64,000 nt of DNA from Eledone cirrhosa (taxonomy: Eukaryota): contig OZ024751.1 in assembly GCA_964016885.1 (NCBI GenBank), positions 30,814,001 through 30,878,000 on the forward strand, in the 5' to 3' direction. Below are positions 27,754 through 41,830 of the stretch, piece by piece. Both the position numbers and the translations under genes were made by a program. A model generated the notes under the pieces. The model searched no databases, had not been told where the DNA came from, and saw nothing but the letters and a program-made list of their open reading frames with translations. The first letter of the stretch is position 1, and the number at the start of each line of letters is the position of its first letter.

Positions 27754-28350
27754 CAAAGAAAGTGTGGTAAGATACCAGGTGGACCATAACGCACCAGAGT
27801 ACTCGATACTTGGGGTAGTAGAGTGGGTAATAGGAAAAGAGTCAGGACTCCGACGGCTGAGTTCCGGCCGTTTCGACAGCTAGATCGGAACTTATCAAAG
27901 GGCACAGTCCATATATGGGCATCAGTCAAAACAAAGCAAAAATATCAAAGCAAACAATCCTAAAAAATTGTTGTTTTTCTTGTCTGTCACGGGGGAGTGG
28001 TCAATTATCTGTGGTGTCATGTACATGGTTAAATTCCTTCATGACGGCGGGGTGGGGGTGGGGGGCTGAACCGGCCTGTAGAACAAATGGGAGGGACTAA
28101 GAGGACGATCTTTGGGTACCAAGCCGGTCAGGCGTTAAGAGAGAAATCTTTACAACTATCTTTCATTTATAGAGAAGGTAACCTACAATTCAAAGGGGGC
28201 AAGAATGTAATTTCAGCATGTAAGAATCAAGGAAGGTTGTTAGAGAGTGTAAGTAAATATACCAAATCTAATACTTAACTAAAGAGCAAAGTATTTAGAT
28301 GTTAATACTTATTCAGTTCTTAATAAAGAAGTTTAGTTATCAATTACTCT

Positions 28351-29053
28351 TATAACGGAATACTCCTATGTTTTACCGGCAAAGATTCGAAACCGAATCT
28401 GAGGTTTCTTGCATCTGGGACCATCTATCGTTGGAGGTTCCCATCGTTGTCTTGTCAAAGACAACGATGATAAACGTACATTCCACTTGACCTCTGATCC
28501 CGGCTTCCTGGGAGACAATATCCACATGGCTGATCATAAATCAACCTCATATACACATCCTTCTAACTTTAGCACCAATTATAAACACAAGGAGTTAAGG
28601 AATCTAAAGGCCAGAGAGACCGAAACAAGCAGTCCGTGTTAAGGTTCACGATGTAGCAGACCTTTCACTCTATCTCTCCCTCCTGGCCTCCCTGGTTGTC
28701 ACCTTCTCGGCGGCCACAGACAGCCAGACATGAAGCAGCATCCTTGAGAAGAAGAATATATTCTAAGAATAGGCACACAATAGTAAGTTAATATTGTTTA
28801 CTTTCTACGCTCATTCTATTCTTCCTGTCATATTGAATCACAACTTTTACTATATCGTTTTCTGTGATACATGCATTTACGCTAACTTGTAGAAGTTAGT
28901 CAGCTACTTAATGTAGAGATAATTCATGTCAAATATTATTACTCGATGTTCAAAGTGAATATTGTTATTATAAAATAAACGTTAACAACTCAATCATGGC
29001 ATTATTCTTTTCATAAAAAACACCCATCAAAAGAATACCACTTATCCGCTACA
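28351..29053 (+). mobile_element. Solo LTR, family A, with perfect 4-bp TSD
   Basis: CTCT|TATAACGGA...TCCGCTACA|CTCT; homologous to 2634-3348. A 4-bp TSD is consistent with Gypsy-type integrases. Confidence 0.85.
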
Positions 29054-29130
29054 CTCTAATACACAGGAAGGGCAACTCAATACACTAATTTACTAGTATT
29101 TTCTAACGTCAAGTTTCTGTAAAGAGTGAC

Positions 29131-29195
<65 letters not shown>

Positions 29196-29298
29196 TCATC
29201 ATCGTTTAACGTTCATATTCCATGCTAGCATGGGTTGGATGGTTTTGTCCCACTTGAGGGGAGATTGGTCGGGAGACATATATTATTTGACCACCAGT

Positions 29299-29346
<48 letters not shown>

Positions 29347-29834
29347 TGTGTGTGTGTTTCTTTTGCAAGTTTTCTTATATGAATTCGTGTGTTGAAACAG
29401 TTTGGCTTGGTTTTAGCTTCCGTAATTTTTCATTCCTGATTTGAAAAACTTCGCCAGGGGGTGATATTAAATAAGATATGGCCTGGGCCAATACTGGTCG
29501 ATACTTATCAAAGTTATAAAAGTTACAAATAACTCAGATGGCAATCAGTATTTATTATTCATTAACCAGTAGTTACAAAACATAAATGTAGCTTCTTTCG
29601 TTACATTGACATTGATCAATCAATGATAAACATTGATTGACAGCTGAATTATTTATTGAAATATAGAATATACTGAAGCCTAAACCAAACCAATATATAT
29701 ATAATTTACAAATTATCCCCTGTGAGTGTTTCATATGTTTATTTTATATATATATATATATATATTGTCGAGGCTTCCAAACGACTTAAAGATATTTACT
29801 TATTGTTCCACAATGCTTCAAGCAAACTTCAATA

Positions 29835-29875
<41 letters not shown>

Positions 29876-30010
29876 GTGTGTTAATCAATTTCTAGTTGAT
29901 ATAAAGATCTTTGAGCATATTCTACAGTGGATATGGCGCATGCATCTCAGACATGACACCCTTAATCAGACATGACACCCTTAATTTAATTTTGAATATA
30001 TATATATATA

Positions 30011-30440
30011 CTAGCTGAGGTACCCGGCGGTATTCCCAGTTCCCATTAAAATGCCCAACACCTCTCAGATCAAAATATAGGACAGATAATCAAAAATGAA
30101 GACAAATTCATTTACAAGACAATAATACAAATAAATATTGTTGATTGCATTGGTCAGGCGATAAAATGTTTGTCAGAGAAGTTGAGTGTTGCTCAATGAA
30201 TAAAATAGAACCCCCATTAGGGTTTCTTAATATTATTGAAATTTGCTGAAATTTTGTGAATAGGCATCATATCTTGTCATTTACCTATGGTTTAAATTTC
30301 ATATAAATCGAAGGGAAAACATTTTCAGCGGGGGATTTGTGCCCCCGGGGAACCCTTTGATCAAAATGAAATATACTTATCCAAGTACCCTGGGCAATAT
30401 AGTTTCAGAATATATATGGTTATGGAGGTTCTATCTCGAT
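30011..30440 (-). mobile_element. Non-autonomous Helitron 3' portion
   Basis: Minus-strand GC hairpin followed by CTAG|T at 30011; body is an inverted homolog of about 46210-46425. Confidence 0.7.
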
Positions 30441-30591
30441 ATAAGGCGATCAAGAGGGCCAGTTGTTGTAAGGCGGTCAACAACTGGCCCTCTTGATCGT
30501 CTTCGAACTACAAACACTTTTTTCTATGCTTTCTCTCCTTATAGCCTCTTGGATTGTGTTTACCATTATTCCGTTATTATATAACTATTGT

Positions 30592-30660
30592 GCAATATAC
30601 ATCTGATGATGTCACCAGGATCTTACGTAACCTGGCCACTGAAATGTACATCGTGTTTGC
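30592..30660 (+). ncRNA. Type I hammerhead ribozyme motif in a PLE pLTR remnant (30445-30712)
   Basis: CTGATGA (30603), stem II CCAGG/CCTGG, GAAA (30641), palindromic TGTACA, TC cleavage site; short stem I ACAT/GTGT. Confidence 0.65.
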
Positions 30661-30732
30661 TGAAATAAATCTTTGAAGGAATTTCACCAGTCCGGCCTCC
30701 TGTTTTTTTACTATATATATATATATATATAT

Positions 30733-31148
30733 AAACAGAAAGAGACGATTATTAGGAAGAGGAAGATAAATATATTTTTTTCCTTTTTTATTTATTTCTC
30801 TCTTTTTTCTGGGTTAGAAAATGATTAAAACGAAATGTTTTACTTTGTGTGAAGTGTTAAGGTATTAGTTGATTTATTTATTATTTAACAATGGCATTTA
30901 TTTATCTATTTATATATTTAATAATTGTCTATTACCGGTTTCAGCATTTTTATGCATTATCAAATGATAAATAGATAAATAAATGCCATTGTTAAATAAT
31001 AAATAAATCAACTAATACCTTAACACTTCACACAAAGTAAAACATTTCGTTTTAATCATTTTCTAACCCAGAAAAAAAGAGAGAAATAAATAAAAAAGGA
31101 AAAAAAAATATTTTTCTTCCTAATAATCGTCTCTTTCTCCCTGTTTTC
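30733..31148. repeat. Fold-back with about 180-bp arms, between (TA)n tracts
   Basis: 30733-30914 is the near-perfect reverse complement of 30967-31148. Confidence 0.9.
30925..30972 (-). ncRNA. Degenerate minimal hammerhead motif in the fold-back spacer
   Basis: Minus strand TTGATAA-TGCATAAAAATGCT-GAAA-CCGG-TA; core deviates from CTGANGA at two positions. Confidence 0.5.
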
Positions 31149-31195
31149 ATATATATATATATATATCCTAACTCGTGTGCTTCCTCTCGACATTT

Positions 31196-31257
<62 letters not shown>

Positions 31258-31346
31258 TTGTATGCATATATATATATGTATGTGTGTGTATGTATATATA
31301 TATATGTGTGTGTGTATATATATATATGTGTGTGTATATATATATA

Positions 31347-31447
<101 letters not shown>

Positions 31448-31924
31448 GTGTGTGTAAATACATCATCGTTTAATGTCCATACTCCATAGTGACTATTCAG
31501 TGGAACTTCAATAAATATTTGCCTATATGACACAAACCCTTTCTCCTAACATGAAATTATTTTTTCTACAAAATATTTTTTGGTATTTTTTACTCTTGTT
31601 TACTTTCTGCTTGTGTTTGTTTATTACTTTTTATTTATTAAACTTTCCCTCTTTCTATTTTTCTTTCTATCTTTCCTTCTATTTTTTTTTTACTTCCGGT
31701 TTTTTATTTCCAGTTTTCCTTTTTATCTGTATTTGGTTATCTCTCCAACTCACTCTTTTTCAAGCATTCTTTTTTATACCTCTTACTAACTCTGCCCCTT
31801 CCTCTCTCTCTCTCTCTCCTCCCTATCTCTGTCTGTATATATATGTATGTGTGTGTGTACAGATATAGATATATATGTATATATGTGTGTGTGTATATAT
31901 ATATACATATGTATATGTACATAT

Positions 31925-32400
31925 ATATATATTTATTTATTTATTTAAACTTTACATTACCTTGTTATAGTATTCTTCAATTCAGACTCATCTATATACA
32001 CAGACACACTCATCTATACACAGACACACACTCACCTATACACACACACACACTCACCTACACACAGACACACTCATCTATACACAGACACACTCACCTA
32101 CACACAGACACACTCACCTATACACAGACACACTCATCTATACACAGACACACTCACCAATACACACACTTGGTGAGTGTGTCTGTGTATAGGTGAGTGT
32201 GTCTTTGTGTAGGTGAGTGTGTATGTGTGTGTGTATAGGTGAGTGTGTGTCTGTGTATAGATGAGTGTGTCTGTGTGTATGTGTGTGTGTATAGGTGAGT
32301 GTGTCTGTGTATATAGATGAGTCTGAATTGAAGAATACTATAACAAGGTAATGTAAAGATTAAATAAATAAATAAATATATATATATGTACATATACATA
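31925..32400. repeat. Fold-back palindrome centred at about 32166, with CACTCA(C/T)CTATACACAGACA subrepeats
   Basis: TTTACATTACCTTGTTATAGTATTCTTCAATTCAGACTCATCTATATACACAGAC (31951 onward) is inverted at about 32303-32357. Confidence 0.85.
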
Positions 32401-32968
32401 TGTACACAGACACACTCACCTATACACATACACACTCACATATACACAGACACACTCACCTGTACACAGACACACTCACCTATACACAGACACACAGTCA
32501 CCTATACACACTCACATATACACACACTCACTCACCTATACACACAGACACACTCACCTGTACACACACTCACTCACTTGTACACAGACACACACTCACA
32601 TATACACACACACACATACCTATACATAGACACACTTACCTATACACACACTTACCTGTACACAGACACACTCACATAATCCTGTAAGGTTCGTTTATCA
32701 TTCAAAGCTTCAACTTGTTTTAATATTTGTTACTCAGTCATTGACTAAAGACATCAACTCTGAACCAATATATCAATATATATATATGGAAGGAATCTAC
32801 ACACTTGCTACCAGGAAGTAGGTATTGATTTTTAGTTTAATATTGATTTTACTGCTATTTTTTTATGTTTTAGTCTTCGTTCTTATTTAATAGTTAGGTC
32901 TAATTTCTAAATTCTTGAGTTTTCTACAATCTGTCTCTAGACGAAGTTTTAGCAGCATAGTATGTTAA

Positions 32969-35074
32969 TGTAATTGGGACACGAGTAGCATAATAATGAT
33001 GTCAACAGCAGAAATTAGAGATGAAATGTATGTTTATTTTTGTTGTAGCACAAATAATGTTTGTTAATTTGTATGGTTGAAGTTAAACATAAAAAAAGGT
33101 TACAAAAGGGAATGTGCCATTGTGCCAGGCCCAAGGAAGGCCGGCAGGCCAAAGTGCAAAATCTCATCGTTATATGTTGCTCCTTCGAAGTTCAGGATGC
33201 GAGAGAGCGATTCTTCAAATCCCCGCGGGGAATTTCTCCCTCAGGGCGCGTAGAGATACATTCTCCTCCGCTGGCGGTCATTGGCTGGGCTGAGCCAAAT
33301 AACGCATGAGAATGCATGTGACCCCGCGGAATGTAGGTCACTACAATACTCCCTCTCTAGTCGTAAGACGATACAGATTATTGAATCAGCAGGAAAAATG
33401 CTGAAAGAGCACATCAGTGAAAAAATAATTTGAAAAGAAAAAAGCAAGTTGAATCTGTAGGTGGGTAGTAGTTGAAATGTAAATTCCATAATTCTGGCGA
33501 ATCCATAGAAATGGTGGAAATGCTGACAGGTCCAGTTCCATTTGTTGTTCTCCCGGTGAGTCGGATAAGGTAACAAGATGGAGGTTGTTATGGACGATGA
33601 GTGTGCAACGAGATGCGAAACTGTTTGAGTTCAGCTGCAATTAACATTCTCGTGTTGCCATGCAGGGGAATTAAGCTGCAAAGTGTCGATAGCCTGTTTG
33701 GTGTCTCCAGAAAGTGAGAAGGATCTCGCAGAATTTTACGACGTTTGAATATCATACACTAAGAACAACATGTTGGTGTGTGTCAAAGAAATATGTGTGC
33801 ATATGCATGCATGTAATACAGCAAAGAATGTGTGGGTACAGTCATATATACAATGATAAAGAAAATGATGCAGTCATATATACAATGATAAAAAAAAAAT
33901 TTTTCATATAATGCAGTTCTAAAAGAATAGATGTCCGAACATTGCCTGAAGAAAAAAGGAAGAAAGAAAGGATTGTTTCTTTTCTTTTAACAAAAAGTTC
34001 GCCTTTTCTTTTCTTTGAAATTTCTTTGGGAAGCTAGTAGAATTTTTGTTGTTGTTGTTGCTATCGAAGCGAAGTCGAGCGTTGAAGAGCCGTAAGTCAC
34101 CACGTAAGTTCGGTGTTTGCTTGTTTGTATTGCAGGAAGCCGTATCGAAAGAAAAATGTTTCCGTGCCATAATTTTGAAAATACAGCTAATTTTTTCTTT
34201 CAAAGATGTTGTCGCAGGCGGGTTCATGAAAGTTAAACCACGTGTTGTTCTTCTTAAAAAAAAAACTACTTCCATCTTTTTTCTTAACGGTAGAGACGAT
34301 AGAAGAGGTGAAAGCGTAGAAGTAAAAAATATGATGTGTGGTGGTTTGCATCGGTAAAGGATATGAAGCTGCCACATAGTTATTCCGTTGTCTATGGTCA
34401 GCGGTTAAGCAGTGTTGTCGCTGCTGCTGCTGCTGTTGTTGGTATGGGTGATAGCCATTTTGATACTAATTTCCTCGTGGTGAAAAAATTTTTTTTTATA
34501 CATACACTGCCAATTTTTATTTTATTTCAAAAGGAATATTTTTTTTTTATACATACACTGCCAATTTAAATTTTATTTCAAAAGGAATATTTTGAACTGA
34601 AAATATTCATCATGTCGGGGTCACCAATTTAACAATTATAGGTGTTATTGTTAGTAGCGCCACGAGTGACCAGTTCTGTAGAAAGATGTGGTAAGAACAT
34701 CGACAACGACTTTGGCTTGTTTTACATTATTTATTAACAAGATTGAGCTATGTAGAGCTGAGTAGAGCAGGCATGCCAAGAGTAGTAAAACAAACGAATT
34801 AAGGATTTCAGAAGGCACGGTCCACTGGCTGAAATGTTGCCAGGCCGTGGTTAAGTTGTTGTGTTACATGTTGGCTAATGATTTCACGACGAAAGAAAGT
34901 TAGTTGTTTACCTTTTTACAGTCAGGATGCGAGAGACAGATTTCTCAAATCAACGCGGGAATTTTTCCCTCAGGGCGCGTAGAGATAATTCTCTTCTACT
35001 GGCGCTGATTGGCTGAGCTGAGCCAAATCCCGCACAGAGAATGTATGTGAGCCCGTGGAATGTAGCTCACTACA
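32969..35074 (-). mobile_element. Internally deleted LTR retrotransposon (tRNA-Trp PBS, CsRn1-like Gypsy)
   Basis: Direct repeats 33193-33345 and 34923-35074 start TGTAGTGA on the minus strand; PBS TGGTGACCCCGACATG (34611-34626); PPT GAGAGGGAG just before the 3' LTR; frameshifted PPF..SPELW gag-like remnant at about 33490-33520. Confidence 0.7.
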
Positions 35075-35076
35075 AA

Positions 35077-36020
35077 ATGTTATAACAGTGTTTTCTACAA
35101 TATGGCGTTGGATAAAGTGTTATAACAGTGTTTTCTACAATACAGTGCTAGATACAGTGTTATAACAGTGTTTTCTACAATCTGGTGCTAGACGAAGTGT
35201 TATAACAGTGTTTTCTACAATATAGTGCTAGATACAGTGTTATAACAGTATTTTCTACAATCTGGCGCTGGATAAAGTGTTATAACAGTGTTTTCTACAA
35301 TCTGGCGCTAGACGAAGTGTTATAACAGTGTTTTCTCCAATATGGTGCTAGACGAAGTGTTATAACAGTGTTTCCTACAATATAGTGCTAGATCCAGTGT
35401 TATAACAGTGTTTCCTACAATATAGTGCTAGATGGCGTTTTATGACAGTGTTTTCTACAATATAGTGCTAGACGAAGTGTTATAACAGTGTTTTCTACAA
35501 TATAGTGCTAGACGAAGTGTTATAACAGTGTTTTCTACAATATAGTGCTAGATCCAGTGTTATAAGAGTGTTTCCTACAATATAGTGCTAGATGGAGTTT
35601 TATGACAGTGTTTTCTACAATCTAGTGCTAGATGCAGTGTTATAACAGTGTTTTCTACAAGCTGGTGCTAGTTGCAGTGTTATAATAGTGTGTTCTACAA
35701 TCTAGTGCTAGATGTAGTGTTATAACAGTGTTTTCTACAATACAGTGCTAGATGGAGTGTTATAACAGTGTTTTCTACAATACAGTGCTAGATGGAGTGT
35801 TATAACAGTGTTTTCTACAATACAGTGCTAGATGGAGTGTTATAACAGTGTTTTCTACAATACAGTGCTAGATGGAGTGTTATAACAGTGTTTTCTACAA
35901 TACAGTGCTAGATGGAGTGTTATAACAGTGTTTTCTACAATACAGTGCTAGATGGAGTGTTATAACAGTGTTTTCTACAATACAGTGCTAGATGGAGTGT
36001 TATAACAGTGTTTTCTAAAA
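35077..36020. repeat. 40-bp minisatellite, about 23 copies
   Basis: TATAACAGTGTTTTCTACAATACAGTGCTAGATGGAGTGT; the last about 7 units are identical. Confidence 0.95.
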
Positions 36021-36272
36021 TCTGCTATTGCAATGGAGTCTCTGATAGTGAATGCCACCACGTTTTGGTTTTATTTGTTCAAATACTAATTCTTGATTTT
36101 ATGGTTTAAATTCCGCTCTCGTGGATTGATTAGTTCAAGTTTTAATCAATTTTTAGTTCCTTATTTTCTTGATGATTAATCAGCTGACGGAATCAGTTTG
36201 GGATAGATCATTAGTGTGACAGCCATCTAGTATTATGGATGTGTGTAATTATTGGTCTGATTTATATATATA

Positions 36273-37322
<1,050 letters not shown>

Positions 37323-37341
37323 TATATATATATATATATAT

Positions 37342-37775
37342 AATATAAGATCAAAAGATGGTTAAAAGAGTTCCAAGTATTTTATTATGCGCATTTCAAA
37401 AACAAATATCATCATGAGATGATATCTGCGTTCTCATCAGATAAAATAGGGATACATGATATGAAGCTTAAAAACACTTGTGAATGGTGAAGTTTTAAAT
37501 CAACATATGAAAAATAAATTAAATTGATGTATGAGATTGGGAAAAAGTGATGGGGGTTGGAGAAGGTAAGGAAGAGGAAGAGATGAGAGTAAAGAATGGT
37601 GGGGGAGGAGTATAAGAAGGAATGATGAGAGAGGAGGAGAGATGGGTGATAGAGAGAGAGAAATTAAAAAGCCATTGGAAGATAATAGACAATTTAAAAG
37701 AATTTGAAATTAAAAGTTAATGAGGTTTATGCATGAAGAAAAAGGAATTAAGAATAATATTATTATATCCTACAT
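37342..37775 (-). mobile_element. Inverted PLE pseudo-LTR upstream of Naiad ORF 1
   Basis: Contains a hammerhead, is bounded by (TA)n, and 37658-37775 is the reverse complement of 42679-42796. Confidence 0.75.
37378..37448 (-). ncRNA. Type I hammerhead ribozyme (intact core)
   Basis: TATTTTAT-CTGATGA-GAACGCAGATATCATC(TCAT)GATGATATTTGTTTTT-GAAA-TGCGCA-TA-ATAAAATA: perfect 8-bp stem I, long stem II, palindromic stem III, AUA cleavage triplet. Confidence 0.85.
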
Positions 37776-37796
37776 ATATATATATATATATATATA

Positions 37797-39186
37797 TCTT
37801 CTTTCTAACAACCTTAGCCTTTCAGAAATCGAAAAAAACAAAAAGCATATTAGAACTTTCCTTAAAGACTATTATAATCTTAATATTACTTTTGAAAAAA
37901 CAAGTAAAGTAGTAAATTTCCTAGATATAACTTTAGATTTAGCTACGGGTATATACCAACCTTACCATAAACCTAACCAAAACTTACATTACATACACTC
38001 ACAATCTAATCACCCTAAATCTATCCTTAAAAACCTTGCATATAATATATCACTTAGAATTTCTAACCTTTCTTCTAACCAAGATGTATTTGATAAAAAT
38101 GCGACCTTTTATAATGAAGCTCTAGATAGAAGTGGCCACAAAAATAGATTAGAGTATATACCTTCTACTAAAAATACTGAAAGCATACAGCATAATATTA
38201 CCAACAAACACCAAATGAAAAGTACACACCTAAATGCCACCCACAGTATACCCCAAAATACTAAATCTTCTAATATAAAGTATAGTAACCCTCAAAAAAC
38301 TACTCATCATACGACTATAATAAATATTAATAATAAAACTCCTAATAAAAAAGATAAAACACCTAAATCTACAAATATAACTAAAAATAGTTGTGGCGAG
38401 ATCATTAACATTATTCCTCCTAGTAAAAATCATGATACAACATATAAAAATAATAAAAATAATAAACAACATAGAAACCGTAATAGACGAGTTACTTGGT
38501 ATAATGCTCCTTTTAATTTACAAGTTAAGGATAATATTGCTAAAAAATTTTTTTATATCCTTGAGAAAAACTTCCCGCCAAACCACAAATACCATCAAAT
38601 CTTAAATAGGTCTACAGTTAAATTCTCATACTCTACAACAAATAACATAAAACAAAATATAAGTGCATATAATGCATATAAATGTAAGAAAACCATAAGT
38701 ATACCACCAGTACATCAAATTAACAATAATATCTCCTCAAATACAGAATTAACGAAAGGATGTAACTGTAGAAACAAAACAAACTGCCCATTAAAAGGGA
38801 ATTGTCTTGTTAACAACATAGTCTATAAATGTAATGTTAAAACTAAAGATTCTATTTGCTCATATATAGGAGCTACCTCTAACAATTTTAAGACAAGGTA
38901 TAATACCCACAAACATAGCTTTAAAAATGCCGCACTGGCTAATACAACATCTCTAGCAGAAAAAATCAATAGTTATAAAAATAAAAATATAAAATATGAT
39001 TTGACCTGGAGTGTGCTCAAAAGAGCCACCCCTTATCAAAATAATAGAAAGGAATGTAGATTATGTTCCCAAGAACTATTTGAAATAATGAAGTCTAGGG
39101 ATATCTTATTAAATAAAAGACAGGAATTAATTATATCGTGTAATCATAAACTAAAAAAAACATTTAAATATTATAAACCTAATTAA
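37797..39186 (+). mobile_element. 5'-truncated Penelope-like retroelement ORF (Naiad-type RT C-terminus + GIY-YIG), copy 1
   Basis: VVNFLDITLDL..YQPYHKPN..YIHSQSNHP, WYNAPF, CNCRNKTNCPLKGNC, IVYKC..YIGAT..FKTRYNTHK, CRLC..CNH; uninterrupted for about 460 codons. Confidence 0.92.
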
Positions 39187-40539
39187 TAACATTATTCTAG
39201 AATTTAATTTAATTTAAATGTTAGTTAACCTATAAATTTAATTTAATTAATATTTTATTACAGATGAGAAAATATTATGTAATCATAAATTTTGAAAAAC
39301 CTTTAAATATTACTAATATATATTCAGTAATTTAATTTATAGATTAATTTTAACTTATTTTAACCTTTTATTATAATTTTTTAATTTAGTTTAACCTTTT
39401 ATTATAAAATTTTTTTTATTATAATTCTTTTACAGATAAAATATAACAAAATAATATCATGTATCCTATGACGGAGAAAGAATTTTTAGTATTATTGACC
39501 TAATTAATATACATTTTGGAAATATATTTATTATTTGATTTTTATTTTAATCAACCTAAAACTTTAATTTTAATTTGCTTAAAATTAGTATCCTTGTACA
39601 GACGAATTGCAGAATGTCATGTAATCATAGAATGGGAGGTGTTTTGGATATATACCTAGTTAATATATTCTGTGCAATTTTTTGAAAAAGATATGTATAT
39701 CTATATGTATATGTATATGTATGTGTTGTATGTGTATCCGTATGTATATTTATGTGACTATATATGTATGTATGTGTATATATATGTATATATATATATA
39801 TATATATATGTGTATGTATATGTATATGTAAGTGTATGTGTATGTATATGTATATGTATGCGTATTAATTTTGATTTTTATTTGCATATAATTATATTAT
39901 GCTATTGATGAAATACAATATCTGCTTTATGTATTGTATACCTAATTAACATATACTAATTAACGTATACTATTGAAATAAATATATAATTTTTAACTTA
40001 GTTAACATATAATTTATATACTACTACCGATGTAATACTTTACTTTATTTTTATTTGGGTTTCTTTTCCCTATTACTAAATTCATCTCCTAATATTGATA
40101 CCATAACGTTATTAACTTTAATTTAGTTATAATGTAATTAATAATCTACTACTGTTTGACTTCATAATTCTGCTTCAAATATTATAAACCTAACTAATTT
40201 ACACCTTGGAAATCAATATGTTGACTATCTTTGGTTTAGTTGACATATGATTAATGGTATACTTTTTTATTTTGTGATGCATAGATTTCGTATTTCCTAG
40301 CACTGAAAATATGTAAGAACATACATTGAATTAAGATATGGAAAATATTATATGTTTCTTGAAACATATATTTACTTTGATCCCCTTCTCCAAACCCCCC
40401 CTTTCCCCCATACTATTATCATCTGTTTTTGTAAGTGTATATATATGAATATATGTGTAGACGGGTGTCTATTTAATTTTTGGTATTTATCTCTAAATAT
40501 AAAAATACATATATGAGCATGTAAATATGAATGTAAGAT

Positions 40540-40904
40540 TGAGTGTATATATATGATTGTACATACATATGTATGTATATATATGTATATATATGTATTA
40601 TATATGTATGTGTATGTGAATGTGTGGTATGTATATGTGTATGTATATGTATATTATATGTGTGTGTATGTGTATGCTTGTATATAGGAATATATATATG
40701 TGTATATATGTATATATATGTATATGCGTGTTTGTATGTATGTGTATATGGGTTCTGTATATATTTGTATGTCTCTCTATTTATATGTTTATCTTCGTAT
40801 CTATGTGATATATGTGTGTGTGTGTGCACGTATGCATATGTATGTGTTTGTGTGTGTTTGTATGTGTGTGTGTATGTATATATGTATTTGCGCACACTCA
40901 CATG

Positions 40905-40938
<34 letters not shown>

Positions 40939-40964
40939 AGTGTATATGTGTGTCTGTATGTGTG

Positions 40965-40995
<31 letters not shown>

Positions 40996-41029
40996 GTGTG
41001 TGTATATATGTGTATGTGTGTGTGTATAG

Positions 41030-41061
<32 letters not shown>

Positions 41062-41182
41062 ATATAGGTGTCTATGTGTGAATATATGTCTTTATTCGTA
41101 TGTGTGTATTTATATATGTATATACTTAGGTGTATGTATGTATGTGTATGTATGTATGTATATGTATATGTGTGTATGTATA

Positions 41183-41235
<53 letters not shown>

Positions 41236-41450
41236 CTTTATTATTATTGTAATATAACTTATGTGTATATGTGTATAAGTGAGGTTGTGTATATATATAT
41301 ATACTATGTGTATATATAAGAGTAATGAAATATATATATATATATATATGTGCATGTCTGTATTTTATGTGTGTGTGTATATATATATATATGTGTATGT
41401 GTGTATATGTGTATGTATATATACATATATGTGTACGTGTGTGTATGTTA

Positions 41451-41487
<37 letters not shown>

Positions 41488-41600
41488 CATCTGGGTGTTT
41501 GTATGTGTTTTTATGGTGGTATGAGTGTGGATTATATATGTTTGTGTATAAATGTATGTATGTGTATGTATATATATATGAGTCTATGTGTGTGTGTATA

Positions 41601-41647
<47 letters not shown>

Positions 41648-41830
41648 ATGTGTGTATGTGTTGCGCGTGTGTGTGTCTGTATTTATATCTTTTTATATGT
41701 GTATGTGTATGTTCGTGTAAATGTATGTGTGTGTATGACAGTATAGGTATGTGTGTATGTATGTATGTATAGATATCTCTATGTGCGCGTACATGTATGT
41801 ATGTGTATGTATATCTGTATGCGTATGTAC
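40540..41830. repeat. Degenerate (TA/TG)n microsatellite field
   Basis: Read directly. Confidence 0.95.

Noticed and set aside
37720-37796. Start of the 488-aa ORF as a true N-terminus
   Set aside because: It reads through the inverted pLTR and (TA)n; RT homology starts only after about 37797.
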